From the NCBI GenBank assembly GCA_028023455.1, contig JAQFVV010000005.1, forward strand, positions 8,742,001-8,806,000: 64,000 nt of DNA, given 5' to 3'. Shown in pieces: positions 52,727-63,604 of this stretch. Positions within the stretch are counted from its first letter, which is position 1. Every line of letters starts with the position of its first letter. Made by a program: the position numbers and the translations under genes. Origin of the DNA: Epiperipatus broadwayi (Eukaryota; Animalia; Onychophora). The notes beneath the pieces were generated by a model that saw nothing but the letters and a program-made list of their open reading frames with translations, was not told the origin of the DNA and did not search any database.

Positions 52727-53789
52727 GTAAGTTAGGCTGCTAAACAATAGATTGATGTGCATTGGGTGTGAAGCAGGGCCATCAAGCGGTGGAATGCAGT
52801 ATATATACTACTAATAAAACACTAATTATATTTATCTGTTTCACCTTTATATTTTGGTTATGAGTTTTAATAAGAATTTGTAAAACGGTTTCAAATGAAA
52901 TGAGTACATGTAGTTAAATAAAAACTAAAAACATAATAAATTTTCTATTAGTTGTATATATGTTCTACCCATTAATGGAGCTATTTTATAAATACCAATA
53001 TAAGGAACAGAAAAAAAGTAATCAATAAATTTTATATTTTTTTGCAAAAAAAAAAAAAACATTAGTGCAAAAGAGAACCTTGAGATGAAAACAAGAACTG
53101 CCCTTTTTCTCTCGTAAAAAGGTCTAAGACATGGAAAAAAAGAATATTTGGTTAAAAAGTCTATGATTGAAATGTTAAAGATATTGATTACAGAATAAAT
53201 CAAATCTTCATATCCATGCAAGGATTGTAACATTTCTAATCAAAACAATATTTTTTGACAAAATGTAGTTGAAAAATAACTCATTTAAATATTTGTACAA
53301 AAATGATATGAAATTAAGAACTACTAAAAGAAAGTCAAGCTGTTTTGAATTAAAGAAATTAAAAAATAAAAAATTTTAAATATTTTTTTTATTTTATAAA
53401 TAAATTATATTAAACAAAATATTGACTGAAAAACAATTAGTTTGATTAAAGCTAATGAAATCAAACATTCTATAAAACATTTAAATTTATTATGGCAGTA
53501 AATATTAATTTCTTCCAGAATATTTAGACTGAGACACTTTCTGAAAATATTTATTTATATTATTTTCAGGTCTTCAAATATATGTTATTTTCAAGAGTTT
53601 TTTTTTTGTTTTGTCATCATTACTAATAAAATTTCTCCTGGAATGTTTGTATTGATCACACTTATTGAAAATATTTGTTTTTTAATCAGTTTGTTATCTA
53701 AATACATTTTATTTCTAGGTTTGCAAACAAAATCATTATAATTTTGGTTTTGATTTTTTACGAAAAATGTGAAACATCCATTAGCTGAA

Positions 53790-54130
53790 GATCTATCAGC
53801 CCCATATAGCTATCTGAGTTGGATAGCTGGGTTTGAAGACATGTAGGTGTCTGAAAATTTCAGATTTTCAACTCAATAGATAACTTTTAGATAAATGCTG
53901 GCTTTGGCTTGGTATTTTTAGACCTAGAGTCTGAGCCTACCCTGGCACCTCTCTGAGGAGTGCCAAAGCATGAAACCATGGTCAGGGGTTTGGGGAGGTT
54001 CCTGACAGAGGTATTTTAAATCCTTTCTCTGGCTAAGCATTTATCACAAAGCTTGTTGAGGTATTGGCAATCCTCATTGTTTATAACTTACAAGCTTAAG
54101 AGAATAGGGTCATGTGATCTATGACTTATT
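53790..54130 (+). mobile_element. Family A hammerhead repeat, third copy
   Basis: Aligns with 1150-1430 (CCCATAT.GCTAT, GCTGG.TTTGAAGACATG, TGTCTGAAAATTT.AGATTTTC, TTAGATAAA.TGCTGGCTT, AAGCTTGTT, TGCAAGCTTA versus TACAAGCTTA, GGTCAT, TATGACTT) but carries a different ribozyme. Confidence 0.8.
53947..53989 (+). ncRNA. Canonical minimal type I hammerhead ribozyme A3
   Basis: ACCTCT CTGAGGA GTGC-CAAA-GCAT GAAA CCATGG TC AGGGGT. All core residues are present; stem III palindrome ACCATGGT; predicted cleavage after C53983. Confidence 0.9.
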
Positions 54131-54589
54131 TTGTCTATCAATTAGCTTTCTTTCTTTGCTATGTTGCTATCAACAAGTAGAGCATATTTTCAAATTCCTA
54201 ATTGTTTTTTTTTTATTAGTTCAATTATTAAATCTTTGCTGGATTCTTTTGATCCAGAAATTATATTTTCAAGGAGATAAAATGCAGCAATGCAATTTCA
54301 TCTTTCTGTGATGCTGGAAAGTCCCATAGGAGCATCAAATTAGTTCTCAAAGTACAAGTCATAAACTGTTCTGCTGAAAATTGTAACTGAATTTGCTGTT
54401 GAGTTTTGGAAAGCAGCATTTTAGCTAAACAAACATTCCAAATATCTCCATGATTTTTTTAAGACACTTATTGTCTCTGGTTATATTCTTTATGCCGGGT
54501 TTTCCAAATGAAGTGGTAATATGAAATCTATTTAATGTTGTCAGGGGAGCAGAATTTTTTTAAATGATTTGTTTTGAAGACTTCCATTA

Positions 54590-54995
54590 AAACAGGTAAA
54601 ACTCACTATATATATTGCAACACCCAACAAGCTAGAGTAATCAATGGATGCCAGAAGGCTTGTGCATAAAATCCCCATCTAGTGCCTACTCATCCAATAT
54701 CCCCAGACTAGTTTCTGGCTTATGGCCTTCGTCAGTGAGGAGCCTTGGATCTGAGAGCACTACACCTAGATCTTAGGATCTAATGCAACCCTCCAGTAAC
54801 CACCATTTATCTCCATTTAACTACAAAACCATGAGTCTTAAATTGAAAACACCTTAATGTTTCCAATCCAAGCCTTCTGGCATCCATTGATTACTCTAGC
54901 TTGTTGTGTGTGGTAATATATATAGTGAGTTTTGCTGTTTTAACAAGTTATATACAAGCATAAGAGGTGGTGGTCATGTGATGTTTATTGGCTTA
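54590..54995. mobile_element. Family B hammerhead repeat (minus, 54590-54868) plus an inverted continuation (plus, 54870-54995)
   Basis: 54625-54661 is the exact 37-bp reverse complement of 54870-54906. Confidence 0.85.
54700..54741 (-). ncRNA. Type I hammerhead motif B5 (best preserved family B copy)
   Basis: Reverse complement: TCCTCA CTGACGA A-GGC-CATAA-GCC-A GAAA CTAG TC TGGGGA. Core intact; stem II covaries (GGC/GCC versus AGC/GCT). Confidence 0.85.
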
Positions 54996-55289
54996 AGACT
55001 TCCATTATTTAATAGCAATGTTTTTGTAGTGACATACATAGAAAAAAAATTGTTTTTAAGACTAATTAAAACTATAGTATAAAGCAATGGTATGATTTCC
55101 AGCAATCTAGATAATTTATATACTACTATAGGTTATTTTTTGCCATTTCAAAAACAGGCATGATGAATGTGTAATCTTGATTTGGATCCACCATATTCTG
55201 GTAAATGATTGATGTTAGTTTTAGCCATCATATTTTATACTCATAACAATTGCAATTTTTGGACTATATATGATAACAATATTTGACTT

Positions 55290-55545
55290 AAAACCAGTAA
55301 AACATCACTTGATCACCAATTTTTATGGTTACACAAATTGTTAAAACTGTAGCAAACTCTCCATATAATATTACCAACCAGTTCAAGTCTTAGTAATCAA
55401 TAAATGCAAGATCTTAGGGCAGTGATCTCAGATTCTAAGTTTCTCACTGATGAAAGCCAAAAGATAGAAACTAGTCTGGGGATAATTGATTGATTAGGCA
55501 CTAGGTAGGGATTTTATGCACAAACCTTCTTGCATCCATTTATTA
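55290..55545. mobile_element. Family B fragments, antisense (about 55290-55380) then sense (about 55405-55545)
   Basis: AAACATCAC.TGATCACC...GCAAACTCTCCATA is followed by AGATCTTAGG..AGTG.TCTCAGAT, the hammerhead and GGCACTAG.TAGGGATTTTATGCACAAACCTTCTTGCATCCATT. Confidence 0.8.
55441..55482 (+). ncRNA. Type I hammerhead motif B6
   Basis: TTCTCA CTGATGA A-AGC-CAAAA-GAT-A GAAA CTAG TC TGGGGA. Core intact; one stem II mismatch. Confidence 0.7.
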
Positions 55546-57185
55546 CTGTTTGGAGTGAGTCTTTTTTGCCTTCTCTGTAAATGCAATTTTGTAAGAGTGT
55601 GGAGGATCATATATTGTTGAATATCTTTTCCTCTGATATTTATTTTGAAAATAGAATCATATAGTATGATGGATAACATTAAAGAAGTTGTTTAATTTTC
55701 AATTACATCATCATAAAAAAGCTTTTTAAAGTGTTAAGTTTCATAATTGATTATTTCTATAACCATTTTTCCTGCAATACATAACAGCGTTACTCTTATT
55801 TAATTTAGATTCTTCTAATTTATTCATAAGTAGAAAATTTCCAATGTGTAATAAATATAGCAATTATCCTCTGCATTGTTCACATCAAAATTCCACTATG
55901 CTACTTTGGGCTATAGCTCATATTGTAGTTTATAATCTCTTGATTAGTTATTCCTCATTAGAATATGTAGCTGCTTTAATCTGTCAGCTCAATTGAATGA
56001 ATTACTTCATGGTTTGATTTACTTTGATTTGACAATCTCCTATTGAATGATGGTTACTGCATAGTTTGACTACTACTATGGACTGTTGTCAAGCTGCTAA
56101 GTTTGTAGCATAATGTACTTGTCAAAAGATTAGTCATAGCTTACTTAACTATGATGGCAGTCACAAGTCAAATCATACTAATATACACTTTCTGACAGGT
56201 TGCCATGAAGCAAACAAGTCTCAGTATTTGTATTTATTAATAAGGAAATTTTTTAAGATGTGGTTTGAAGTTAATTAATATTTAATATGAGTGATTTATA
56301 TTAATGCAATGATCAGCCTTTTAATGCAGAAATTAGTACTAGAAATTCCTTATAATATATATCTATATCCATCGTGATGTCACTTTAACATAAACATTGG
56401 GTTATAATTATTTTTATTCTAAGATGAATCATGCACAATATCTATTAAATAAGTATAACTATCAGCTTTCACACCCACAGGGGCAAATATCTCAAGTTAG
56501 GACCATTCCATGAGCAGTTCTCATAGAGTTTATCTTTTTGGTTCGTTTATTTTCCATAATAGCCTGACCTAAATTTCTCAGAATCAAGAAATCATTTCTC
56601 AGAGATGCCTTTACATTTCTGATCATATAAGATACAATTCTACTAGCATTAGATAAATAATCATTCTCACATTTAAAGTTTAATTTTATATATTACAAAA
56701 TCATTAATTAATGTACTCTTATTTCAGTATATTATTTAGCTTAAGTGATGTGATCTTTTTTCAATACATTACAATTATTAATATTTAACCCTCTATTTCA
56801 GTGTAATTGTAGTATAACATATATAATCTGTACATTTTATTTTTCTCTGTACTATTTTAATACATATGCACATAACTAATCCAGACATACATATTTCTTT
56901 GCACAATCTTAATATATATATATATGTGTAGTCATGCCTCAATTCTATATATTGTAACAGTACGTAGTCTGCCAAAATATGTAACTGACCGAATAATGTA
57001 ATGTAGTGACTCTACCTATTGTTCTTGCCCAAAAATGTGACGGACCGAATACTATAAGCTGATATATCCAAAGTCTTCACAACTTACAGGTCCTATTACA
57101 TCTCAGAGTTCAAACTCATTGAAGAAATTTGCCTTTAACTCTACTCAAAGATGGATTTAAACAGGATGGCAATAATGTGACCTCT

Positions 57186-57286
57186 ATATATGTCCCTAAT
57201 GGCTTTTACTAATGAATATATTAAAAATGTGTACATATATATGTCCCTAATGGCTTATACTAATGAATATATTAAAAATGTGTACA
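57186..57286. repeat. Recent tandem duplication of about 51 bp
   Basis: ATATATGTCCCTAATGGCTT(T/A)TACTAATGAATATATTAAAAATGTGTACA occurs twice. Confidence 0.9.
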
Positions 57287-58139
57287 CATGTATGATAGAT
57301 ATTCTGATGAGTGAAGTATGAATGATGCTTGATAATCTAGAGACCAGAGAAACACAGATTTTAACTTCAAACAAGAAATATTTAATAACAAATCTGGGTT
57401 AAATTTATAATATTTATAACTTAATAAGAATATATACATGAATATAATAAAGTATTGATTTGTCTTTACTATAATATGACTAGTTGTGATTTAAGTCTTA
57501 AACATATCAATCAGAATAAAAATTATAAAATTACAATCCACAATAAAGTATCTATTATTTTGAAAATCACACTATATTATTAGATGTTTAATGTTTACTT
57601 TGATTATGTGCTCTGAATATATATTAAAGTTATGTCTATGGATTGCTAATTTATATTTTATAGATAGAATTAATTCATAAGCCTATTAATCATACAAACA
57701 GGAAAATGTACTAATATATAATTATTTATTAGTAAATCTATTTAATATTTAATTTTATATATTAAATGTCTAATTAAATATATATGTTTAAAATCTTACC
57801 TTTTGTCTTTTAAGTCAATGTCCAATCTAATGCATCCAATTATGTTAAAACTTTATTTATGAACATATAACATGTATATATGTATACTTTGAGTTGTGTA
57901 TTTATATTTCTCTCCTATAAAAATTTAAGATTTAGAGAAAAATGATGTTTTCTGCAAATGAGTAAAACGGTGAGAAAAATCGTAACTCAACTCCCAGTAT
58001 ACACTAAAAAAAAATACAAATACAAAATATAAAATATTTAAGAGCATCAAAATTAGACAAAATCTTGGACTTCTTTAAAAGCAAAGGGTTAAAATTTATA
58101 AGAATGGCTTTAGTATTTTTTTTTATTTAGCAGATGTCT

Positions 58140-58340
58140 TCTTTTTATTCACACATGTTGGATGATTTTAAAATTCCAACCACTTAACAATTCCCACAAC
58201 AAAATCGAACTCTTTGGCTCTTGATTTCATGGCCATTGCCTTTCCAATTTTATCTCCAAATCATTCCACACTGATGTAGACATTAAGCATATCAATAGTT
58301 ATTATACTCCATCACCATCTGATGACACTAAGAAGGCACA
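58140..58340 (-). mobile_element. Possible Tc1-like transposase C-terminal relic
   Basis: Minus-strand translation SVWNDLEIKLERQWP*NQE...LWELLSGWN loosely resembles Tc1 LW..L.R.......L...L...W. Confidence 0.3.
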
Positions 58341-59879
58341 AAAATCCTGCGACAATTAATTTAGCAAGATTGCATCCTTAGATTATATATATATGCAAAT
58401 GAGTAGTTAAATATGTTTTTTCCAAAGCTTGCATTATAATATAAAAAGAAACACTGTTTACATGCAGTTTATATATATATAAGACATGTGATAATAGATT
58501 TTGCCTCAAAAGAAATACAAATTAGTATTTTAAAATTCTATTTCATTATTAGTTTGCTTTTTTTAAAAAAAAAAAAAAAAAAACATTTTATAATAATTAT
58601 ATTTTTGTGGTTGATAAGCAAATATAAATCTCTCGGAATCTATTCCAATGAATGAAAGTTCACAACTTAAATAATGTCTCTTTTCTTTTTAAAATATTTT
58701 GCACCTTACCAAATAAATGCAATTCAAGATATTAACAGTTTTCTTTTAAAATGAAATAGAGTCATGATAATTAATATAATAATAATAATAATTAAAAATA
58801 TTCTTATTCTAAAGCTTTACTTTAACGGTATTCCATTTTGAACCACCATCAACCAACTAAACTAAAAACTACTGTTGCTTAGTTTTTTTCATGTTCCAAA
58901 ATCAACAAATGTTTACTCTTTTAAACAAAAGAAACATGGTTGCTAGCATCTCTTAACATTAGATTACTATTATATCTGTCACGTCATGATTAAAACTATT
59001 AAAACTACAATGTATAAATGTGTATGTATAGATGTATTTCACATTTATTTTAACAAAAAACATATAAATTCATTCCTTTATGAATGTATAATTATGTATG
59101 TATATATACGCCTCCAGTTATCTTTAAAATTATGTTTTAAAGGTTGGCTGCCTATTTAATCTTCATACTTGTCATCCCAAAACATCAGTTACTCATTATT
59201 ATGTTTTTATAAGGATTGGGCATCACCTTACATTTCTCCCCACCCTTAGAAGGTTAAAATTTAGATTTGTCAAAATTTTAGCACATGAACAAAGGTTTGG
59301 ATGGTTATCTCATTGGTTAATTTTATTCTTTTTAAATAAGGGAGAGTTCTAATACTTTCTTACTTATTTTAATTTACTCATTAATATCCATTTTTATGAC
59401 TCATTTTTGTAAGATTCCTATCCCTACCTCTTTCATCTTCGAATTGAACTGCTGTTATCAATAACATTGTTCCTATTTTTAACAGAATTTACTGACCATA
59501 TGATGGTTGAATAACATGAATTCAACTGGTTAAGTGTCTCTGTTCCAGAAGGCACATATTTGAGTTTGTCTGCCTATATCCTGCTCCTTGGAGTGTTATT
59601 GGATTTCTATAAGGACTGAACAAAATATGGGATGCCCACTACATTGTATAGGTCAACTCCCACATCTCAGTCGATTCTAAGATACCTCAATGAATGTTTT
59701 CACATTAACTTGGGGGTATCCTCATCACATCTACTTACTCTAGCCATTTACTCATGTACAATGCTATCTTTCTCATCACAATATACTTGCATATACACAT
59801 ATTTTTTTATAAACTCCACCTTCATTTACATTAGTCATATTCATTCATTTATGGATAACTAAGCTGTATTTGGCAGTTC

Positions 59880-60120
59880 TTGACAACCACTGTATGGCTT
59901 CAATATCTGAGCATTATAATTTCCTTTTATTTATCCCTCAATATTTAACCAAAATGCATTTCGGCCATCTTGTTTCACAATAGCGTATGGTCTAGCATAT
60001 TGATGACAAAATTTGTGATAAATATTATCTATTGGTCTACTTGGGTGATGTGTTCTCACAAAAATCTTGTCACCAATCTTAAAGTGATGTCTACTTTTCC
60101 TCTTATTCTTAATAGTAGCC
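59880..60120 (-). mobile_element. Ty3/Gypsy integrase C-terminal (GPY/F) relic
   Basis: RHHFKIGDKIFVRTHHPS..IYHKF..QYARPYAIVKQDGRNAFWL...GNYNAQILKPY. Confidence 0.75.
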
Positions 60121-61789
60121 TTATCAATTAATGGCGAGCCATTTGAATTTTTGTTTCTGTCATATTGATGACATTCAATTGGAGGCTGGTATTTTATAAA
60201 TAATAAAGGAATAGGTTGATTAAAATGTAGTTGTATGGGTGTAAATCGTGTGAATTCATTTACACCCTACACATTCTGTTTGCTTCACCCACCCCCTATT
60301 ATCTATGTTTGGCTAGAAGGCTATAAATTATATAAGCTTTAATGGTCAAAAATAAAATTTAATGTAATGTCCTTTTCCTTTATATATATTGTAACCTTCC
60401 AGGTTGGCACCAGAAAGAAATGTGGGAAGGTCACATTTGTACTAACAATGGCTGAAAGTAATTAGTTGAGAAAAATGAATTGTGATATAATCTAATATTT
60501 AAAATTGAGTTTTTAGGAAAACTAAACTTAAATTGTGATGTAATTTGCTAGTTAAAATTAGCATTTTAACAAAATTAAAATTTTAAATGGGTATATTGAT
60601 TGGTGGAGTTTTGGACTATATGTTTAGTGGTAGATGTTTGTGTATAGTAGAGGATTTACATGTCATAATAGGCAGATGCATAAATATATTATTAATTAGA
60701 ATTTTCTTTTCTATATTTTATTTATGAGTTACTGATTATATATTGTCTTAGAATCTTATGTTTTAAAAATGATAAAGATTGTTTGTAATAGTAAATAACA
60801 TTTCTAAAATTAATAATTAGTATTTAATATTTTTTTTTTACTATGTTAATTATATTCAAACATTTTATTGTTAAAATTTTTATAAATAATATTTCTGGCA
60901 AGCTTCCAAAGTTGATTGTCATAGAAACACAGAGGGCGTGAGTAGAGAAAGACATAGAGTTTAAAACTGGAAAGTAAAAAAAAGGGCTCCGAGGAAGAAG
61001 ATAAAAAAACTTAAAGGAATCAATAACTCTCTAAGAGTATTATATAAGAAACATCGCAAGGATTCTAAGAATACACCTATGAAGAATTTTTTTGTTATTA
61101 TACTACTGGAAGGATATAGAATGAGGAAATAAACAACCCCCCAGAGGGATACCAGCCTTCAAATTTCTGCCAAAGCAATGGTCCATTTTCACCACTTCAA
61201 AATGCCTGGAGGATATGTAAGCTAAATTATTATGATTTATTTTAAAATATTACTAAAGCTGATTAATGTTAAAATGGCAAAATTGTGTAAAATAAAGCTA
61301 GCTCAAATTTTTTCATTAGATGCTAAAACCAAACGCTTAATATTAAATTCTAATCATCTTCTATCAATCTTCTACAAATTAAAATTTAAAATAAAAAAAT
61401 TTATCTACTTAATTTTATGCCAAGAAGATAATTTTCTACTGTATAACTTAGCTATTCATGTATATATAGTGAAATAATGTCAATGCATGCAAATATCATT
61501 TTTAATGCCCGTCACGGAATTCTAGGATAAAAAAAACTCTTATCATTCTTAACAAATTATTCTTTAACAATGGTTAGACATTTTTTTATTTTATTTTATA
61601 ATTTACCGTTGTTTTTAAAACTAATATGTATGTTTCTTTCAACTTTCAATTTTTTAAAAAAAACTTAACATGTGATAATGGGATATTGACAAATAATTTT
61701 TTTTTTTGATTACAATAGATGTATAAACAATTGTTTTTTGTTGTTTTGTGTTCTTTTAAAAAAAACAAAACAAAACAATGTAATTTCAT

Positions 61790-62400
61790 TATCATTAGAG
61801 TATGATAATTTATTATTTTGTATGATTTAGAAATTATATTATAGGTGATTTTAGATATTCGGATGTGTGCATGATGCTATAGATTATTATTTTAAAGATG
61901 TCATATTTATTATGCAATTTAGTTAATGAGGTATATTTAAAGAAAATAAAGAATTAAAACCTTATCTGTTATAAGTTCGGTATATAGAAAGTATATTGAA
62001 TGTGAGTAGAAGGTAGTAATAGTCAAGGGATGATTAGATTATTTAGATTAAGTTTGGAGATATTCTTTAACCCTTAAGTATATAGGTATAAGTGTTTGGT
62101 TATTATTTTTCCCTGCCTTTATTTATTTTGTATAGTTACTGTTAGATGATTTACACCGATTGTAACAGATAAGTGTTATATAATTTTTTATAATATGTAA
62201 AAGATGATTGATTTGTGGCATCACACAAGTTTATAAATAATCTAATAAAATATATTTCATGAATACATTATGTTTACAATATAATCAAACACACATATTC
62301 GAAGATATACATATGATTAACATATTAAATAGTAGTCAATTTTGATTTTACTTTAGAAGAGATGTAATTGGTTATCAAGGTGCATAAATAATATTTTTTT
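61790..62400 (+). mobile_element. Possible PLE thumb plus GIY-YIG relic
   Basis: Broken translation LEII..VILD.G..HDAIDYY, VRYIE, VI*FFIICKR*LICGITQ and THIFEDIHMIN. Confidence 0.4.
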
Positions 62401-63014
62401 TATTATAATTATTTCTTTTGTCTTTTATTTTTTATTTATTTTTTAATAAATATTTTAATGAATTAAAAGTCCAAACGAATTGCTTGACTATTTAAGTTCG
62501 ATTCTCCATTTCCACACACACACACACATATAGTTAACATAGCATAGCCCTAAAATATATAGATTTGCCAGTAGAAGTCAATTTATTTAATTTGTCTTGT
62601 GGTAATAAATCTCAGTATTACAATGCTAATAATATATTTTACTTTGCTTGGAATAGGTGGTGATTTGGATAAAAAGATACCCAATCCTCATCATTGTCTA
62701 TACCATAATAAATGTAATAATTGTCAATTTTGCAACAGTTTTAGTATTGAATAGATGCTCTGAACATACTTAAATTAACCTTATAGTATTATTGTTTATA
62801 GATGTGTTTATCATTCTTGTTGGCCTCATATATAAAGACCATATCCTATAATCTCAACTGAGCTAGGCCGTGGAGTGGTTGCAATATAAAATCTTTTAAA
62901 TAAGTTTAAATATAATTTATAATTATAAATTTTATTCTATTTTGCATAGAATTGGCACCTGGGCAATTATAAATATAATAAAGTAAATAAGTGAAGGAGA
63001 TGGAGGTTATAGGT

Positions 63015-63280
63015 GAGGGTTAAAGTGACCGCTCAATCGTGGGGCCTGATATACTTAAAATAAAGTGGCGTACAACGTGGACGGCTTGTTATATATATAG
63101 AGACCACAACTGCTAGGGTTAAGTGGCTGTCCCTGTTTAATTAAGTCTCATAGCCTAATATATTTACGGTTAAGTGGTGGCATGCAATGTGGATGGCATG
63201 ATATATGTGGGTTAAGTGGTAAGTCTCATATTCTGTAGAATATTTATCTTTTGTTGGTTTAATTGGTTAAAGTGGCGACC
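63015..63280 (+). repeat. Cluster of six GGTTAA(A)GTGG-type motifs within a duplicated unit of about 110 bp
   Basis: Motifs at about 63018, 63058, 63117, 63168, 63210 and 63265. CAACGTGGACGGCTTGTTATAT (63073) matches CAATGTGGATGGCATGATATAT (63185). Confidence 0.7.
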
Positions 63281-63604
63281 CAAACATTTGAGGCTTCGAT
63301 TAATTAAATCTCACACCCTGTAGACTGCCTATCTTGTTGTTGGCTCAACCATTGGGGTTTATATTAATTAAATACCAGACCTTGTAAAATGTCTATGTTT
63401 TTGGTGGCTTATGTTTTAATGTCTCCAGGATTATCTAAACCTAGGTTCATTAATTAATTTTGTTGGTTAAATATCATAAGCTATATGAGTAAAACAGTAT
63501 TGTTAATCAAAATATTTATTTAAAAGAATAAGATAGTTTATATATATATAAAATAATTATATGTGTAAGCTTGTACTATCTCAGTGTATATATATATACT
63601 ATAC

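Noticed and set aside
57304-57355. CTGATGAG...GAAAC
   Set aside because: No credible stem II, stem III or stem I.
63015-63280. CRISPR-like repeat-spacer array
   Set aside because: The context is eukaryotic, repeats are only about 10 bp, spacers are irregular and partly duplicated, and there are no cas genes.
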